From IMG/VR virus record IMGVR_UViG_3300047272_000461, positions 1-51,051 of that record: a stretch of 51,051 bases of DNA, one strand, 5' to 3'. The notes beneath the pieces were generated by a model. The model did not search any database. It saw only the letters and a program-made list of their open reading frames with translations, and was not told where the DNA came from. Source of the DNA: a virus. Taxonomy: Duplodnaviria > Caudoviricetes. A program made the translations under genes and the position numbers. Positions 26,266 to 36,594 of this stretch are shown here, piece after piece; the first letter of the stretch is position 1, and every line of letters begins with the position of its first letter.

Positions 26266-26579
26266 GCGGGGGTGGCGGGCTTCACGATGTTCAACTCGAT
26301 GGTGTCCGAGTAGAATACGACGCCCTCACGGATGAACTTGATGTCCCAGATGGCTGGGCCAAGGTTCCAGGTCTTCGTGTTGTCGCCCCGGAGGGAGAAG
26401 ACCAAGCCGTTCTCGCTTGGGATGGTCACCTGAAGGGCGTATGTCAGGGCGCGGGAGTCTTGGACTGAAGACTGGATGGCTACGCCCACCAAATTGGTTA
26501 GGCTTCCCGACGGCGTGATGGTTATCTCCGCCGAGAAAGTGCCGCCACGCTTGAACTTTACTTGATTGGAAATGCTCAT
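26262..26579 (-). CDS. Baseplate/fibre adaptor (BppU N-terminal-like)
   Basis: KRGGTF...WDIKF...YSDT beta-rich pattern. Confidence 0.6.
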   Translation of the reverse strand: MSISNQVKFKRGGTFSAEITITPSGSLTNLVGVAIQSSVQDSRALTYALQVTIPSENGLVFSLRGDNTKTWNLGPAIWDIKFIREGVVFYSDTIELNIVKPATPA

Positions 26580-27863
26580 TTAGTATGTCCCTCCGTCAAT
26601 GTCGGCGCTCCAGGCGCCGTCTTTTCTCAAGTATGGAGTTCCGTCAACAGGGGCTTCGGGGATGCCAATGTTGTCCTCTGGAAGGAACGCTTCCCACTCG
26701 CCATCCTTGCGAGCGTAGAGCTGCCCGTCTTCGGGAGCTTCCGGTATGCCGTCCTGACCGAACGATAGGGGCGAAAAGTTGGTCTGGTCAATCAGGTCGT
26801 TCTTGATTGTGCAGTTCGTCTGCAAGACCGTCCACTTGTTGCCGTCCTCGTCCTCGATTTCCACCTCGAAGGAGGTCGTCGCCTGCGGCGCTCCGTCCAA
26901 CAGGTATTCAATCTCGGCGGTATTGAAGTCAACATACGCCTTCTTGCCCTGATACCCCACCAAGCCGTCGCCGACAGCCAAGAAAGGCATCGTGTAGCCG
27001 ACTGGAGGCGTGCCGCCGAACGACTTCAAGCTGAAGTCCCAGATGTGGTTATCGACCTTGGTGACCGAGTATTGGTATTGCGCGAAGTTTGCGTCCGTAT
27101 CCGGGGCGTTGATGCTGAACCGGCTTGAGTAGGTTTCGTCCCACCAGTTCGGGTCAAGCACATACCCATTGTTCACATACTTCGTGTAGATGTCCGCCGT
27201 GCCGGTCAGAGCCCAAGTGCCCGACTTCGGCTCTGGGGAGATGCTCACACGCTTCGCCTGGTTCGCCGTAAGCGTCGTGACCGTGAGGGTCGGCTGCTCG
27301 ATGTCCGTCCAAGTTCCCTGGAAGGCAACCGGCGACTGCTTCAGCTTGATTAGGAACGACCCAGCGACGGTCAGGCTGCCAGTCTTGAGGGTGATGACCT
27401 TAACCGCTGTCGGGGGCGACAGGAGGTCGCCGTCCACGGACAACGTTGCGTTCGCCCCTGCGGTATTGAAGTCTATCTTTATTAGGGCATTGGATGTCTT
27501 GCTGACCAAGACGCCTCCGGCGGCAACCACGCTCGGCATAGCGTTCATCGCAGTCTGTATCTGCGTCGCCGTGGCGTTGAAGGACAAGGTGATGGTATCC
27601 GCGCCGTATGTCAGGGTGTATGTCCCCGAAGTCGGTGCGGTGGAAACCTTGCCCACGGCCAGTCTGATGGTGCAGTTCGCTGGGAAAGCCACCTCTTCCA
27701 TGAGCCTATTGAGGCCGGAGGAGAGGCGAACCAAGTGCAGCTCCATGTCCAAAGCGTCGCCCTGGAGGAATACGAGAGGTTGCGCGGGCGTATTAGACCC
27801 GAATGTCTCGTAGAGTATGCCGGTTTCGGCGTTAATCCAAAGCTTTATTCTGCTCTTTGCCAT
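26580..27863 (-). CDS. Tail/baseplate protein, paralog of 27863-29647
   Basis: Shared N-terminal region; two GIPEAP.DG..Y.RKDG.W repeats; ends IDGGTY. Confidence 0.75.
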   Translation of the reverse strand: MAKSRIKLWINAETGILYETFGSNTPAQPLVFLQGDALDMELHLVRLSSGLNRLMEEVAFPANCTIRLAVGKVSTAPTSGTYTLTYGADTITLSFNATATQIQTAMNAMPSVVAAGGVLVSKTSNALIKIDFNTAGANATLSVDGDLLSPPTAVKVITLKTGSLTVAGSFLIKLKQSPVAFQGTWTDIEQPTLTVTTLTANQAKRVSISPEPKSGTWALTGTADIYTKYVNNGYVLDPNWWDETYSSRFSINAPDTDANFAQYQYSVTKVDNHIWDFSLKSFGGTPPVGYTMPFLAVGDGLVGYQGKKAYVDFNTAEIEYLLDGAPQATTSFEVEIEDEDGNKWTVLQTNCTIKNDLIDQTNFSPLSFGQDGIPEAPEDGQLYARKDGEWEAFLPEDNIGIPEAPVDGTPYLRKDGAWSADIDGGTY

Positions 27864-29647
27864 TAGATGCGTGCCGGAATGTAGTAGGTCGTCCCATTAA
27901 CAACCAACTGGATTTCGTAAGGGTAGTTCGTGTTGTTGTATGTGCCTGTCACCCCGCTGACCGTCACCGTCGGGTTGTTTGTCATCGTGTTTTCTCCGAC
28001 CCAGTCTTGCGTCGCAAAAGGGTTTGCTGCCGACGGCAAGCTCGCATAGGTCAGCGCATCTGCCACGTCGCCCGACGGAAGTCCTGGGTGCGTGTGGGTG
28101 CTTTCTGCCTTCGAGTCCAGTGCGGTCTGAAGTCCCGAAACATCCGTAATGGCGTGCGTATGGACTCCGTCTGCCTTGGTCGCCAAGTCGTCGAGGGTAT
28201 CCTGAAGTCCTGTCGTGTCGGCGATGATGTGAGCGTGGCTCGCATCCGCCTTCCCTGCTAGGCTCGACGCCAAGTCCGTGACATCCGTGATGGCATGAGT
28301 GTGCGTGGTGTTCGCCTTGCCAGCCAAGTCGTCCATCGTGGCGAAGACGTTGGTGGCAGAAGGGGCGTTCGCCCCGGCGATAGCCGCTTGGTCATCCGTC
28401 GATGGGCTTATCGACTCAAGGGATGCGATACGCGCCTCAAGCTCGTTGTCCTTCGTGGTGTAGGCCGTCAGCGACGCAGCCGCAATCGCGCCGATGTTCG
28501 TTCTCGCCTGGCTCTGCTGACCCGATGTCAGGGACTGGGCGGTGTCATAGCGAACCACGGAGTCCGCCGGTATCACGTCACCCCACTCCTGAAGGGTGTA
28601 AGAGTCGGTGTCTATTAGGTCATTGTAGACCGTGACAGAGTTCTGCACCAAGGTCTGCCTCTTGCCGTCCAACTCCACCTCGATTTCAAGCACGGCAGCG
28701 CCAGAGGCGGCGCCACCCAAAAGCAGCTCCACGTCCAAGGAGTTCATCGACAACTGCCCATACTTCGAGGAGTAGCCGATAAGCCCGGCGCCATCCGCGC
28801 CCATCAGCGACACGTTAACCGTAGGGTCTGGTTGCAGCTGCGGCTGGCTGATTTCAAACTCGAAGTCGTCTACCGCCGTGACGGTCAAGCCGGTCGCAAC
28901 AGCAATCGTGTTAGCCGTGATGCCTTCCACCGGGATGGGAGCCGTCCAGTATGTCGAGCCATTGATGACCTTCGACAGGCGGAACGTGCCCGACTTCGGG
29001 TTCGGCGAGATTAGGACTCTCCAGATGCGGTAGTCCCCGCTGTATGCGGGTGCGTGCGTCTCCGTGACCGTGATGGACGGCGGGTCTTGCGTCACCCAAG
29101 AGGTGCAGACGGCGACTGGGGCCTGCTTGATGTGCAGCTGCGTGATTTGGGCGATAGTAGATGTTCCGGTTCGCGCAGTTCCGATGCCAATCGACGACGT
29201 CGGCGTCAGGTCATTCTGGTAAAGCGTGATGCTGTGCGCCGGCACGCCAGGCGTATTCCAAGTGATGCGGTATGTCGTGGCGGTCTTGGCGACCGTGACC
29301 CCGCCTTCAGCCGTAATGGTCGGCAGGGCGTTCAAAGCGGTTTGTAGAGCCGCCGCAGACACATTGTAGGCCACCTCCGCTGTGTATTCCGTTCCGTATC
29401 CAAGCTGAAATACGCCGGATGTCGGCTGGGTGTCGATACGTCCGATTGCGAGCGTAATGTTGGCAGCCGCAGGCCAGATGACTTCGCGCATCAGGCGGCC
29501 ATAACCTTGCTCGACCCAGTGCAGCTCGATGCCTATAGTGTCTCCTTGGCGGAGCTTGAGCGTGCCGAGGTTTGAGTTGACCTGCCAACCGGCGACAAGC
29601 TCGCTTTTGTTGGAGTCGGCCCAAAGGGTGAGCGCTGGAAGAGGCAT
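27863..29647 (-). CDS. Tail/baseplate fibre protein
   Basis: QSLTSGQQSQARTNIGA and four H(T/A)H repeats (HTHAITDV type). Confidence 0.8.
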   Translation of the reverse strand: MPLPALTLWADSNKSELVAGWQVNSNLGTLKLRQGDTIGIELHWVEQGYGRLMREVIWPAAANITLAIGRIDTQPTSGVFQLGYGTEYTAEVAYNVSAAALQTALNALPTITAEGGVTVAKTATTYRITWNTPGVPAHSITLYQNDLTPTSSIGIGTARTGTSTIAQITQLHIKQAPVAVCTSWVTQDPPSITVTETHAPAYSGDYRIWRVLISPNPKSGTFRLSKVINGSTYWTAPIPVEGITANTIAVATGLTVTAVDDFEFEISQPQLQPDPTVNVSLMGADGAGLIGYSSKYGQLSMNSLDVELLLGGAASGAAVLEIEVELDGKRQTLVQNSVTVYNDLIDTDSYTLQEWGDVIPADSVVRYDTAQSLTSGQQSQARTNIGAIAAASLTAYTTKDNELEARIASLESISPSTDDQAAIAGANAPSATNVFATMDDLAGKANTTHTHAITDVTDLASSLAGKADASHAHIIADTTGLQDTLDDLATKADGVHTHAITDVSGLQTALDSKAESTHTHPGLPSGDVADALTYASLPSAANPFATQDWVGENTMTNNPTVTVSGVTGTYNNTNYPYEIQLVVNGTTYYIPARI

Positions 29648-29665
29648 TGTAAGAGTGGCCTAATG

Positions 29666-31213
29666 TCAATCGTCAGCCCACTTGCCTTCCCAGGAGTAGA
29701 GATTGGTGTCTAAATCCATGTAAGAAAGCTCCGTCTCTGCGTTGACGCTCGTCACCACAAACGAGCCAAGTTGGTTGGCCTGATTTTCCCAAGGGTTTTT
29801 TCCGTCCTTGTCGGTGCCGGGGTAAGTCAACTGGTTCTCCCCCATCTGGACCGACCTGACCTCATAACTGTTCGACCAAGTGATGTTGTCCAAGACTTTT
29901 ATTCTCGACGGCGGGTTGCTAGGCGTAGCTTCAGGCGGATAATACCATCTGTAAGAGATGGTATACTTTTCCGTCCCAAGATAGTATTCCTTCTTGCGGG
30001 TGAGAACCAGGGGGTGATTGGTGTCGCCGTAGACTCCCATCGTTGCCGAAGCCTTGTATGTGTAGTTCGGCGGCACTCCAGATTGCGAGCTCGTGTATGA
30101 ACCTGGCTTTTGCGAATAATAGACCTGACCCGCGCCGGAGCCCCAGAAAAACCAATTACTCTGCGAGTAGTCAAAGCCAAAGCCGGAACCTGGCTGAAGG
30201 TCAACGAGGTGAACCTTGTTTTCACTGGCAAGTGAGTTTTCTACGCTGTCGGCATAGCGTGTTTCTATGGAGATGTTGACTCCAGCCGGTTGAGCGGCGG
30301 TTGTATTCTTGACCTGATACTGCCTGAAAATGACCTTCTGATACCAAAGGTTAACCGAGATGCCGTAGTTTATCATCGCTCCGGGCTGACTGCCTGAATA
30401 CCGCACGTATGGCGAACCACAGGCGATGTCCTTCGTCGGCATAGCGCCAGTAGCGTAGTCCCAGAAGACTGGCTCTTGGACATCCTTTGTGCCCGTGAAG
30501 GGCTTTACCCTCGTGCTGCCGTCCTTGCTGTTTTCTGGGTCAATGACAAACTCACGACCTGTAAGCATGTTTGGAAAGTATTGCTCGGAGTAGTAGCCAA
30601 CGGCATCGCCCCCAATCTTGTTAGGGTCGTAGATGGTTTCGTTCAAGAATACGGGCGCAAAATCGTGCGCACGCTCGCCGGTTTCTGCGTTGTAGTTGTA
30701 TGAGCCAAAGGCCGTATTCCAGCCGTTGTTCTCTTCCAACGTGCCAAGGCACTGCCAGACCCTTATGGGATGCGACTGGTTCTTGACCCTTGTCTTTGGC
30801 GTCGCCATCTGACCGCCATCGAGGTCTTTGTTGATGTAGTCGCCTACTTGAGCTTCGGCGGTAGACGGCGGCTTGCCGGTCTGGGCAGACGACAGCCAAA
30901 AGGTCGGCTCGTAGTAGAGGTTGTTGTGTATCACGCGCCAAACCCCCCACGGCTTTATCGACTGATTGGAGTAGTCGATGTTGGGCTTCCACTCTGGCCA
31001 ATAGTATTCGGCCTCCTGACCCTCTATGGGAGTGGTCAAAACAGTCTCCTGCTGACCATTGTATTGGTTCGTGATTTGGTAAGAGGTGCAGGTCCAATTC
31101 TGGAGCAGGCGGACATAAGGCCAGTCCCAGGATGCCGTCTTACCCAGTCCGATGAGAGCGCCCTTCTGGTAGTTCCCAGCTGCCAGCGGCGTAGGCGGCG
31201 CTTGTTGCGTCAT
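29666..31213 (-). CDS. Putative tail tip protein
   Basis: 515-aa aromatic-rich ORF in tail operon. Confidence 0.65.
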   Translation of the reverse strand: MTQQAPPTPLAAGNYQKGALIGLGKTASWDWPYVRLLQNWTCTSYQITNQYNGQQETVLTTPIEGQEAEYYWPEWKPNIDYSNQSIKPWGVWRVIHNNLYYEPTFWLSSAQTGKPPSTAEAQVGDYINKDLDGGQMATPKTRVKNQSHPIRVWQCLGTLEENNGWNTAFGSYNYNAETGERAHDFAPVFLNETIYDPNKIGGDAVGYYSEQYFPNMLTGREFVIDPENSKDGSTRVKPFTGTKDVQEPVFWDYATGAMPTKDIACGSPYVRYSGSQPGAMINYGISVNLWYQKVIFRQYQVKNTTAAQPAGVNISIETRYADSVENSLASENKVHLVDLQPGSGFGFDYSQSNWFFWGSGAGQVYYSQKPGSYTSSQSGVPPNYTYKASATMGVYGDTNHPLVLTRKKEYYLGTEKYTISYRWYYPPEATPSNPPSRIKVLDNITWSNSYEVRSVQMGENQLTYPGTDKDGKNPWENQANQLGSFVVTSVNAETELSYMDLDTNLYSWEGKWADD

Positions 31214-32412
31214 TGTGACCAGCTCCAGTATGCACCCGTCGCCCCCATCTTGAAGCGGTTCACGAGCTTGTTTCCTGTCGAGAGCTGCGTCAGTTGCGGC
31301 ACGCCGTTGACCACAGCGACAGAAGCAATCTGGAAGTAGCCGTTCGTCTCTGTGTCCTCCGGGACGTTCTGACCAGCGTTGAAGACGATTTCCGTGTTCC
31401 TTGGGAAGAACTTGCGCGACTCATACGTCGCCTTGATTAGGATACGCCCAGGACCCGAGATGGCCAACTCTGGGGCCGGCAGTTCATCCAAGTATTTGGA
31501 GCCAATCTTCGGCACAATCTGGTTAACCAGTCCCGGAAAGATGCTCGCCTTCGTAGCCCCATCCGACCTGAACAGGTTCACCTCGAACGGCTTTGTCGGC
31601 ACAGCCACATGGAAGATGTCCGAGCTGATGCCCTGAAACAGGTGCCAGTTGTTCGTGACCGTGGCGATGGGGTAGACGAACTGCTTGATGTCATACATGC
31701 CCGGATACTGGACGCCATTAAGCGTCGCTGGTTCAGGCGGCGCCCACTTGAAGATAGGCACTATCTTACCCTTCATCTGCTTGCTGTATTCGTTGAAGGC
31801 GGCGGCGGCAAGGTTCGCCCCGTTCATCTGCTGCGACGAGCCGGGCTGGGGGTATGGCGGCGACATCTGTCTGCCATTCCAGGCCCCCATCTCAATGTAG
31901 AACAGCCCCTTTTTGCGCTTCGTGCGCAAGCCGTCAGTCGAAACGTAGAGCTGCTTATTCGAGATGGCGTTGCAGTCCGGGTCTTCAAAGAAGATTTCCG
32001 CTCCCCCCATGTAGAATAGGTCGTTTGCCTTCGAGTCGTTCCAGGTCGGACCCGACGGCTCATAGCACTGGAAGAGCCAAGCGTTGCGGCTGTTGCCGAG
32101 CTTGGAGCTCATCGTGGTGACCAAGTTCGCGCCACCGGCAAGCGGTCTGTTGACGAAGAAGTGGCCTAGTTCAATGTGTATTTGAGTGCCATTGAAGGAC
32201 ATCTTCCAAGGATGCCCAGGAACTGGACGCTTGCTGACCGTGGAAAACGAGCCGGATGGCGTGACCTGTTGGTTCGCCCCTGCGCCCTGCACAGGAGTAA
32301 GGGTCGAAAGGTAGTCCGCAATCTTGTTCAGATGCGACGCTTGTAGGCGGTCCCCAGGGCCGACCTTCGGCAGCCCCAAGTTGTTCTTGCCCGGTGCTTT
32401 TGCGTTGCCCAT
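31210..32412 (-). CDS. Putative baseplate/tail protein
   Basis: 400-aa ORF; GDRLQASHLNKI motif; synteny. Confidence 0.65.
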   Translation of the reverse strand: MGNAKAPGKNNLGLPKVGPGDRLQASHLNKIADYLSTLTPVQGAGANQQVTPSGSFSTVSKRPVPGHPWKMSFNGTQIHIELGHFFVNRPLAGGANLVTTMSSKLGNSRNAWLFQCYEPSGPTWNDSKANDLFYMGGAEIFFEDPDCNAISNKQLYVSTDGLRTKRKKGLFYIEMGAWNGRQMSPPYPQPGSSQQMNGANLAAAAFNEYSKQMKGKIVPIFKWAPPEPATLNGVQYPGMYDIKQFVYPIATVTNNWHLFQGISSDIFHVAVPTKPFEVNLFRSDGATKASIFPGLVNQIVPKIGSKYLDELPAPELAISGPGRILIKATYESRKFFPRNTEIVFNAGQNVPEDTETNGYFQIASVAVVNGVPQLTQLSTGNKLVNRFKMGATGAYWSWSQ

Positions 32413-33252
32413 TTAGAACGTCCAAGATGCCTTGATGGAGTAGTCGCCGCCAATCGTGTATTGGGGCACTTTCTTGCCGCCGGAACCGAACGGACGGTAA
32501 AGCTTGTCGGTCCAAGTGTGACCCTGTTCCGACATCATCCACTCCGAGGAGATTTTGTAGATAGTCCCATAGGTCGTCACCGACGCATTGGTCATCAGGA
32601 AGTTGCCCCCCTTTGGGATTGGCCCATTGGCAAGGTAAGGCACATCGGCGATTGTGCCGATGTTCGACAGCATCTTCTCCGCAGTTCCCAGCGAGGCGGT
32701 GTAGAAGCTCACCCGGACGGTCGCACGCGGCGCGTAGTAAGACTCCACCCCACGAAGCCCCTCCGGGGCCTTGACCGCATCGAAGCGTTCAAAGTTCAAG
32801 CCGTCCTCGTTCTGTGTGCGGACAAAGGGATAGTATTGGAAGTTCTCGCCGTTGGCATCAGGCTGGACGGCCATAGCGATGACCTTGAAGTTCGGGTGCA
32901 GGGGCATCGGGTTGCCGGACGTCGTGCCCGATGTCTCCGTCTCTGCGTATGTAGGGTCTTGCTTCAGGCCGATGTATGATGCCTGGACGACAATGGAGCC
33001 GTTCGAGCTCATCGAGGCGCTCGACTTGTAGCACTTCAGGCGGCTGTCAAACGGGTGGGTAGAACCACGACTGGGGAAGTCGGGCGTGCGAGGACTGAAG
33101 GGGTTTGCCTGCGTGTAGCGGATGCTCAAGTCCCCCTCAAGTAGGCCTCTCGTATCTTCGCTCACTTGCCAGCTCGGCTGGATGACGTTGTCCGTCTGCC
33201 CGATGTCAACGAAAGTCGGGCTACCGCCGACCGGTAGAGGAGGATTGCTCAT
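32413..33252 (-). CDS. Putative distal tail/hub protein
   Basis: Directly after tape measure; G..HP...L and P..LHPNF motifs. Confidence 0.65.
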   Translation of the reverse strand: MSNPPLPVGGSPTFVDIGQTDNVIQPSWQVSEDTRGLLEGDLSIRYTQANPFSPRTPDFPSRGSTHPFDSRLKCYKSSASMSSNGSIVVQASYIGLKQDPTYAETETSGTTSGNPMPLHPNFKVIAMAVQPDANGENFQYYPFVRTQNEDGLNFERFDAVKAPEGLRGVESYYAPRATVRVSFYTASLGTAEKMLSNIGTIADVPYLANGPIPKGGNFLMTNASVTTYGTIYKISSEWMMSEQGHTWTDKLYRPFGSGGKKVPQYTIGGDYSIKASWTF

Positions 33253-33283
33253 TTGTTATGGACTTGTGTCCACTTGGGGAGGC

Positions 33284-35977
33284 CTACATCGGGACATCTT
33301 CACCGAACAGGCCCGACTCCATCTCTTTGTAAGCTTTCTCTGCCTTCGTCTCAAACTTCTGGACCTCCTTGATGGCCTTGGAGGAGGTGTTCTTTTCGAT
33401 GGCCTTGAGGAAGCTGTTCGACTTGCGGATTTCGTCCACCGGGTTGTTGCCGAACTGGACGGCCGCGCCACCACCCATCTTGCCCAACTCGCTAACCACC
33501 GCCTTCGGCTTGATGCTGTCCATCGCATAGAGGGCATCCTCAAGACCCTTTCGCCCGGAGTCCTGCTTCTCACGTGCCGCCTTAAGTTGAGCGGTTTCCT
33601 CGTCGGTTGCCTTGCCCGCTTCGTATGGATTGGCCTCGCCAGCCATAAACGCTTCTTCGACTCGCTTTGCTTGCTTGGCAGCAATCTCTTCCTCTAGGCT
33701 CTCACGCTCTTGGGCCGCCTCGGTGTAGTGAGCCAACTCGTCGTTGTATCGCTCCTTCATAATGTCGAGCTGCGACGCACCCTCGAGCTTCATGTTCTTG
33801 TATTTCAAGCCCTGCATTTCGCGCTCATACGCCTTCTTGTCGTCGGCGATGTCCTTCGCCGCCTTCTTTTCCTTCGCCCAGTCTGCCTCCTTCGCCTTCT
33901 TTAGGGCCTCGATAGCCGCCATCTCCTTGGCCTTCTCGCCGTTGAGTTTGGTCTGAAGTTCGACCTTTTCGCCCTGGGTCTGTTTAAGGATTTTTTCGTC
34001 GCCCTTGATTTGGCCGTTCAACTGACCAATCTTTTCGAGCTCATCTGCCGACAGCTTGTAGGCATTCGTTGTTCGCTTGACCTCGTCTTCCGTAAGGTCA
34101 CCCAGTCCGGCGTCCTTGGCCTTCTGGCGCATGTCTGCCAACGCCTTTGCGCCCTCGGCTTCAAGCTTCTGCCTCTTCTCTTCGAGGGCGATAAGTTGTT
34201 CCTTGTTCGTCTTGATGCGAACAGCGGCGTCGGCCTCTTCCTCGGACTTCTCGGCGATGTCTTCTTGAATAGGTTCCATGTCGCTTTGGATGTCTCGGAT
34301 GGCCTCCTCTGCCTTCTGCACCGGAGTAAGGTTCTCTTCGTTCAGGCGACGCTCTGACTTCGCAAGGGCTCTGCCCTGTGCCTTCTCCTTCTTTTCGGCC
34401 GCGCGACGCGCCTTGGCGTCCTGGAAGCCGCCTATTTTACCAGACAGCTTGTCGGCGTTTCTGGCCTGCATAAGTCGTGCGTATTCCTCCGGGGTGTAAT
34501 TCCTGTCCGTCTCTGGGTCGTATTCATAACCAGCAAGACGACTAGCCGAACGCTTGGCATTGACCGCATACGCCTTGGCTTCGCCAAGAGCCGCAGCTTC
34601 CTCGTCCTGACCTTCCGTTAGGTATCTCTTACCAAGGGTAGAAAGCTCACCGCCCCCTGAAGCCAATGTCGCAAGCTGCATCGCTCTGTCCATCTCCTTC
34701 CATTGGGCGTCGCTGACGGATGCGGCCGCGCCGGAGTCGACGGTTGCCTTGAGTCTTGGGGAAAGACCTTCGGAGCTTCCACCGGGAGTAAGGAACTCTG
34801 ACGTGTTTCGGGCGGCATCTATGACAGTTTCTTTTCCGTAATCAACCAGCCCTTTGAGGCCTATTCTGTTCATGATTGCGATGCCTGGAACGTAATCCAT
34901 CTTGTCAGTCACCCATTCGGCCGTCTTTTTTCCAGTCTTACCAGCCAATCCAGCCGTAGAAAGCTGCGCATACTGGTTCTTGAAATAGGCATCCACGCCA
35001 CCGGCCTTGTCCATCTCCTCCATTTCGGTAAGGTCTTCCGGGGACAGACCGCTGACGTCGCCAGACTCCTTCGCCTTCTTGTATCGCTCGGAGCGTTGCT
35101 TCATAGCGTCATACTCCGCAGACAGGTTGTATGCCACCTTGCCTGCGTTCTGCTTATCCTTCGCATCCTTAAGCTTGCCCTGGTTCGAGATGAGCTTCTC
35201 CTGCGCCATCAGTGCGTTCATCATGTAGTTGGCGAAGTTCATCACCCAGTTGAGAGCCGGGGTGCCGGCCGCCACAAACTTGTCCCAAGAGTCGGACATC
35301 TGCGACTGGATGCGAGCAGCTTCCTTGTTCAGGGCAATCTGCTCGTTCGTCATCGCATTGGCGTTGGACAGGAAGTCCACACGCGCCTGCTCATCGTGCC
35401 CCAGCTTCTCAAGTAGGGGCGCAATCTGCTGATACTGGCGTCCAAAAAGGAAAGCACCCGCCGCAGCCCGCTCGTTTTCATCAGCGATGCTTGCCAAAGC
35501 TACCGCCGCCTCCGGCAGGAACTTCATAGGTTTCGATTGGATTTGAGCCAACTTCTCCGACTCGATGCCAAGCTGCTTCATGTTCTCCGCAGCCGCCTTT
35601 GAAGACAAGGACTCTCCAGCAACCTTGCCAAACTGCTTGGAAGCCATCATCAGCGAGCGGATGGACACGCCTGCGTCGTCCGCCGCAATCTTCATCGAAT
35701 GGACCGCAGACGGGTCTACGTTAAACTTGATGGCTAGGGACGACACTTGCTTCGCCGTAGCCATGTTCTTGCCGATGGACTGCTCGAGCTTCTGGAAGGC
35801 CATCGTGCCGATGGCAACCGCACCGAACATCTTGCCCAACTTGCCAGCCAGTTCCGAGCCGAACTTCTCACCGGCACGGCCGATGACGTTCATCTGCTGG
35901 AGGACGTTGTCCGTTCCGAAGAAGGACGCCTGGACGTTAACGCTACCCCCCGCCCCGCCGCCGGCTGCTGGGGGCAT
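33284..35977 (-). CDS. Tape measure protein
   Basis: 897 aa, Ala/Lys/Glu-rich helical; follows tail tube and chaperone. Confidence 0.85.
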   Translation of the reverse strand: MPPAAGGGAGGSVNVQASFFGTDNVLQQMNVIGRAGEKFGSELAGKLGKMFGAVAIGTMAFQKLEQSIGKNMATAKQVSSLAIKFNVDPSAVHSMKIAADDAGVSIRSLMMASKQFGKVAGESLSSKAAAENMKQLGIESEKLAQIQSKPMKFLPEAAVALASIADENERAAAGAFLFGRQYQQIAPLLEKLGHDEQARVDFLSNANAMTNEQIALNKEAARIQSQMSDSWDKFVAAGTPALNWVMNFANYMMNALMAQEKLISNQGKLKDAKDKQNAGKVAYNLSAEYDAMKQRSERYKKAKESGDVSGLSPEDLTEMEEMDKAGGVDAYFKNQYAQLSTAGLAGKTGKKTAEWVTDKMDYVPGIAIMNRIGLKGLVDYGKETVIDAARNTSEFLTPGGSSEGLSPRLKATVDSGAAASVSDAQWKEMDRAMQLATLASGGGELSTLGKRYLTEGQDEEAAALGEAKAYAVNAKRSASRLAGYEYDPETDRNYTPEEYARLMQARNADKLSGKIGGFQDAKARRAAEKKEKAQGRALAKSERRLNEENLTPVQKAEEAIRDIQSDMEPIQEDIAEKSEEEADAAVRIKTNKEQLIALEEKRQKLEAEGAKALADMRQKAKDAGLGDLTEDEVKRTTNAYKLSADELEKIGQLNGQIKGDEKILKQTQGEKVELQTKLNGEKAKEMAAIEALKKAKEADWAKEKKAAKDIADDKKAYEREMQGLKYKNMKLEGASQLDIMKERYNDELAHYTEAAQERESLEEEIAAKQAKRVEEAFMAGEANPYEAGKATDEETAQLKAAREKQDSGRKGLEDALYAMDSIKPKAVVSELGKMGGGAAVQFGNNPVDEIRKSNSFLKAIEKNTSSKAIKEVQKFETKAEKAYKEMESGLFGEDVPM

Positions 35978-36588
35978 TAGCCAACCCTCGCTTTCTTCAG
36001 GCGCTCACGGGCGCTGTTCTGCATCTTGATGAGCATCTCGCGCTCATCGTTCATCTTGGCTTCGGCTTGGGTGCTGATAATCTTCACGTCGGCGCCTTCG
36101 GCGATGGCATACGCAGTCAGATACCAGACTGCTTGGCCTACGGTGGTGTCCCATGCTTGGTCCCTGGTGAAGTTGAGCTTGGACATGAGGGAGGTAGCCA
36201 GACCGAGAACCACCGGCAGATTGTCGCCCTTCTTCTCTTCCTTATCCTCCTTGGCGTAAGTCGATGGCATCGTGTTGCATGTCTTGATGTATTCGTTGAT
36301 GGCCATCAACTGGTCAAAGTAGTAGTAGGTATTTATTTCCATCCGGGCCTGACACCACCTGTCCCAGATGGACGGCTTGCTCAAGGCGACGAAGGCGTTC
36401 TCCGACGAGCACACGCGCAGGAAGATGATGATGTCTTCCGGCTTAACACGCGGCATGTCCCCAGCCACAATAGGCGACCCCAGCGCCGTAAGAGTCATGG
36501 TGTGCCTCAAGCTGAATGGCTTGAGTTTGTAGCCCATAATCTCCCACTTTTCGGGCAGGATAAAGGCCGTTAGAAAACGACCATCCAT
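35977..36588 (-). CDS. Putative tail assembly chaperone
   Basis: Synteny between tail tube and tape measure. Confidence 0.6.
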   Translation of the reverse strand: MDGRFLTAFILPEKWEIMGYKLKPFSLRHTMTLTALGSPIVAGDMPRVKPEDIIIFLRVCSSENAFVALSKPSIWDRWCQARMEINTYYYFDQLMAINEYIKTCNTMPSTYAKEDKEEKKGDNLPVVLGLATSLMSKLNFTRDQAWDTTVGQAVWYLTAYAIAEGADVKIISTQAEAKMNDEREMLIKMQNSARERLKKARVG

Positions 36589-36594
36589 GTCCGG

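Noticed and set aside
22069-29647. Diversity-generating retroelement or CRISPR array
   Set aside because: No reverse transcriptase, no TR/VR pair and no regularly spaced identical repeats seen; the repeats are protein-level
35977-36588. Programmed frameshift in the tail chaperone
   Set aside because: A single ORF runs up to the tape measure start; no second frame is needed
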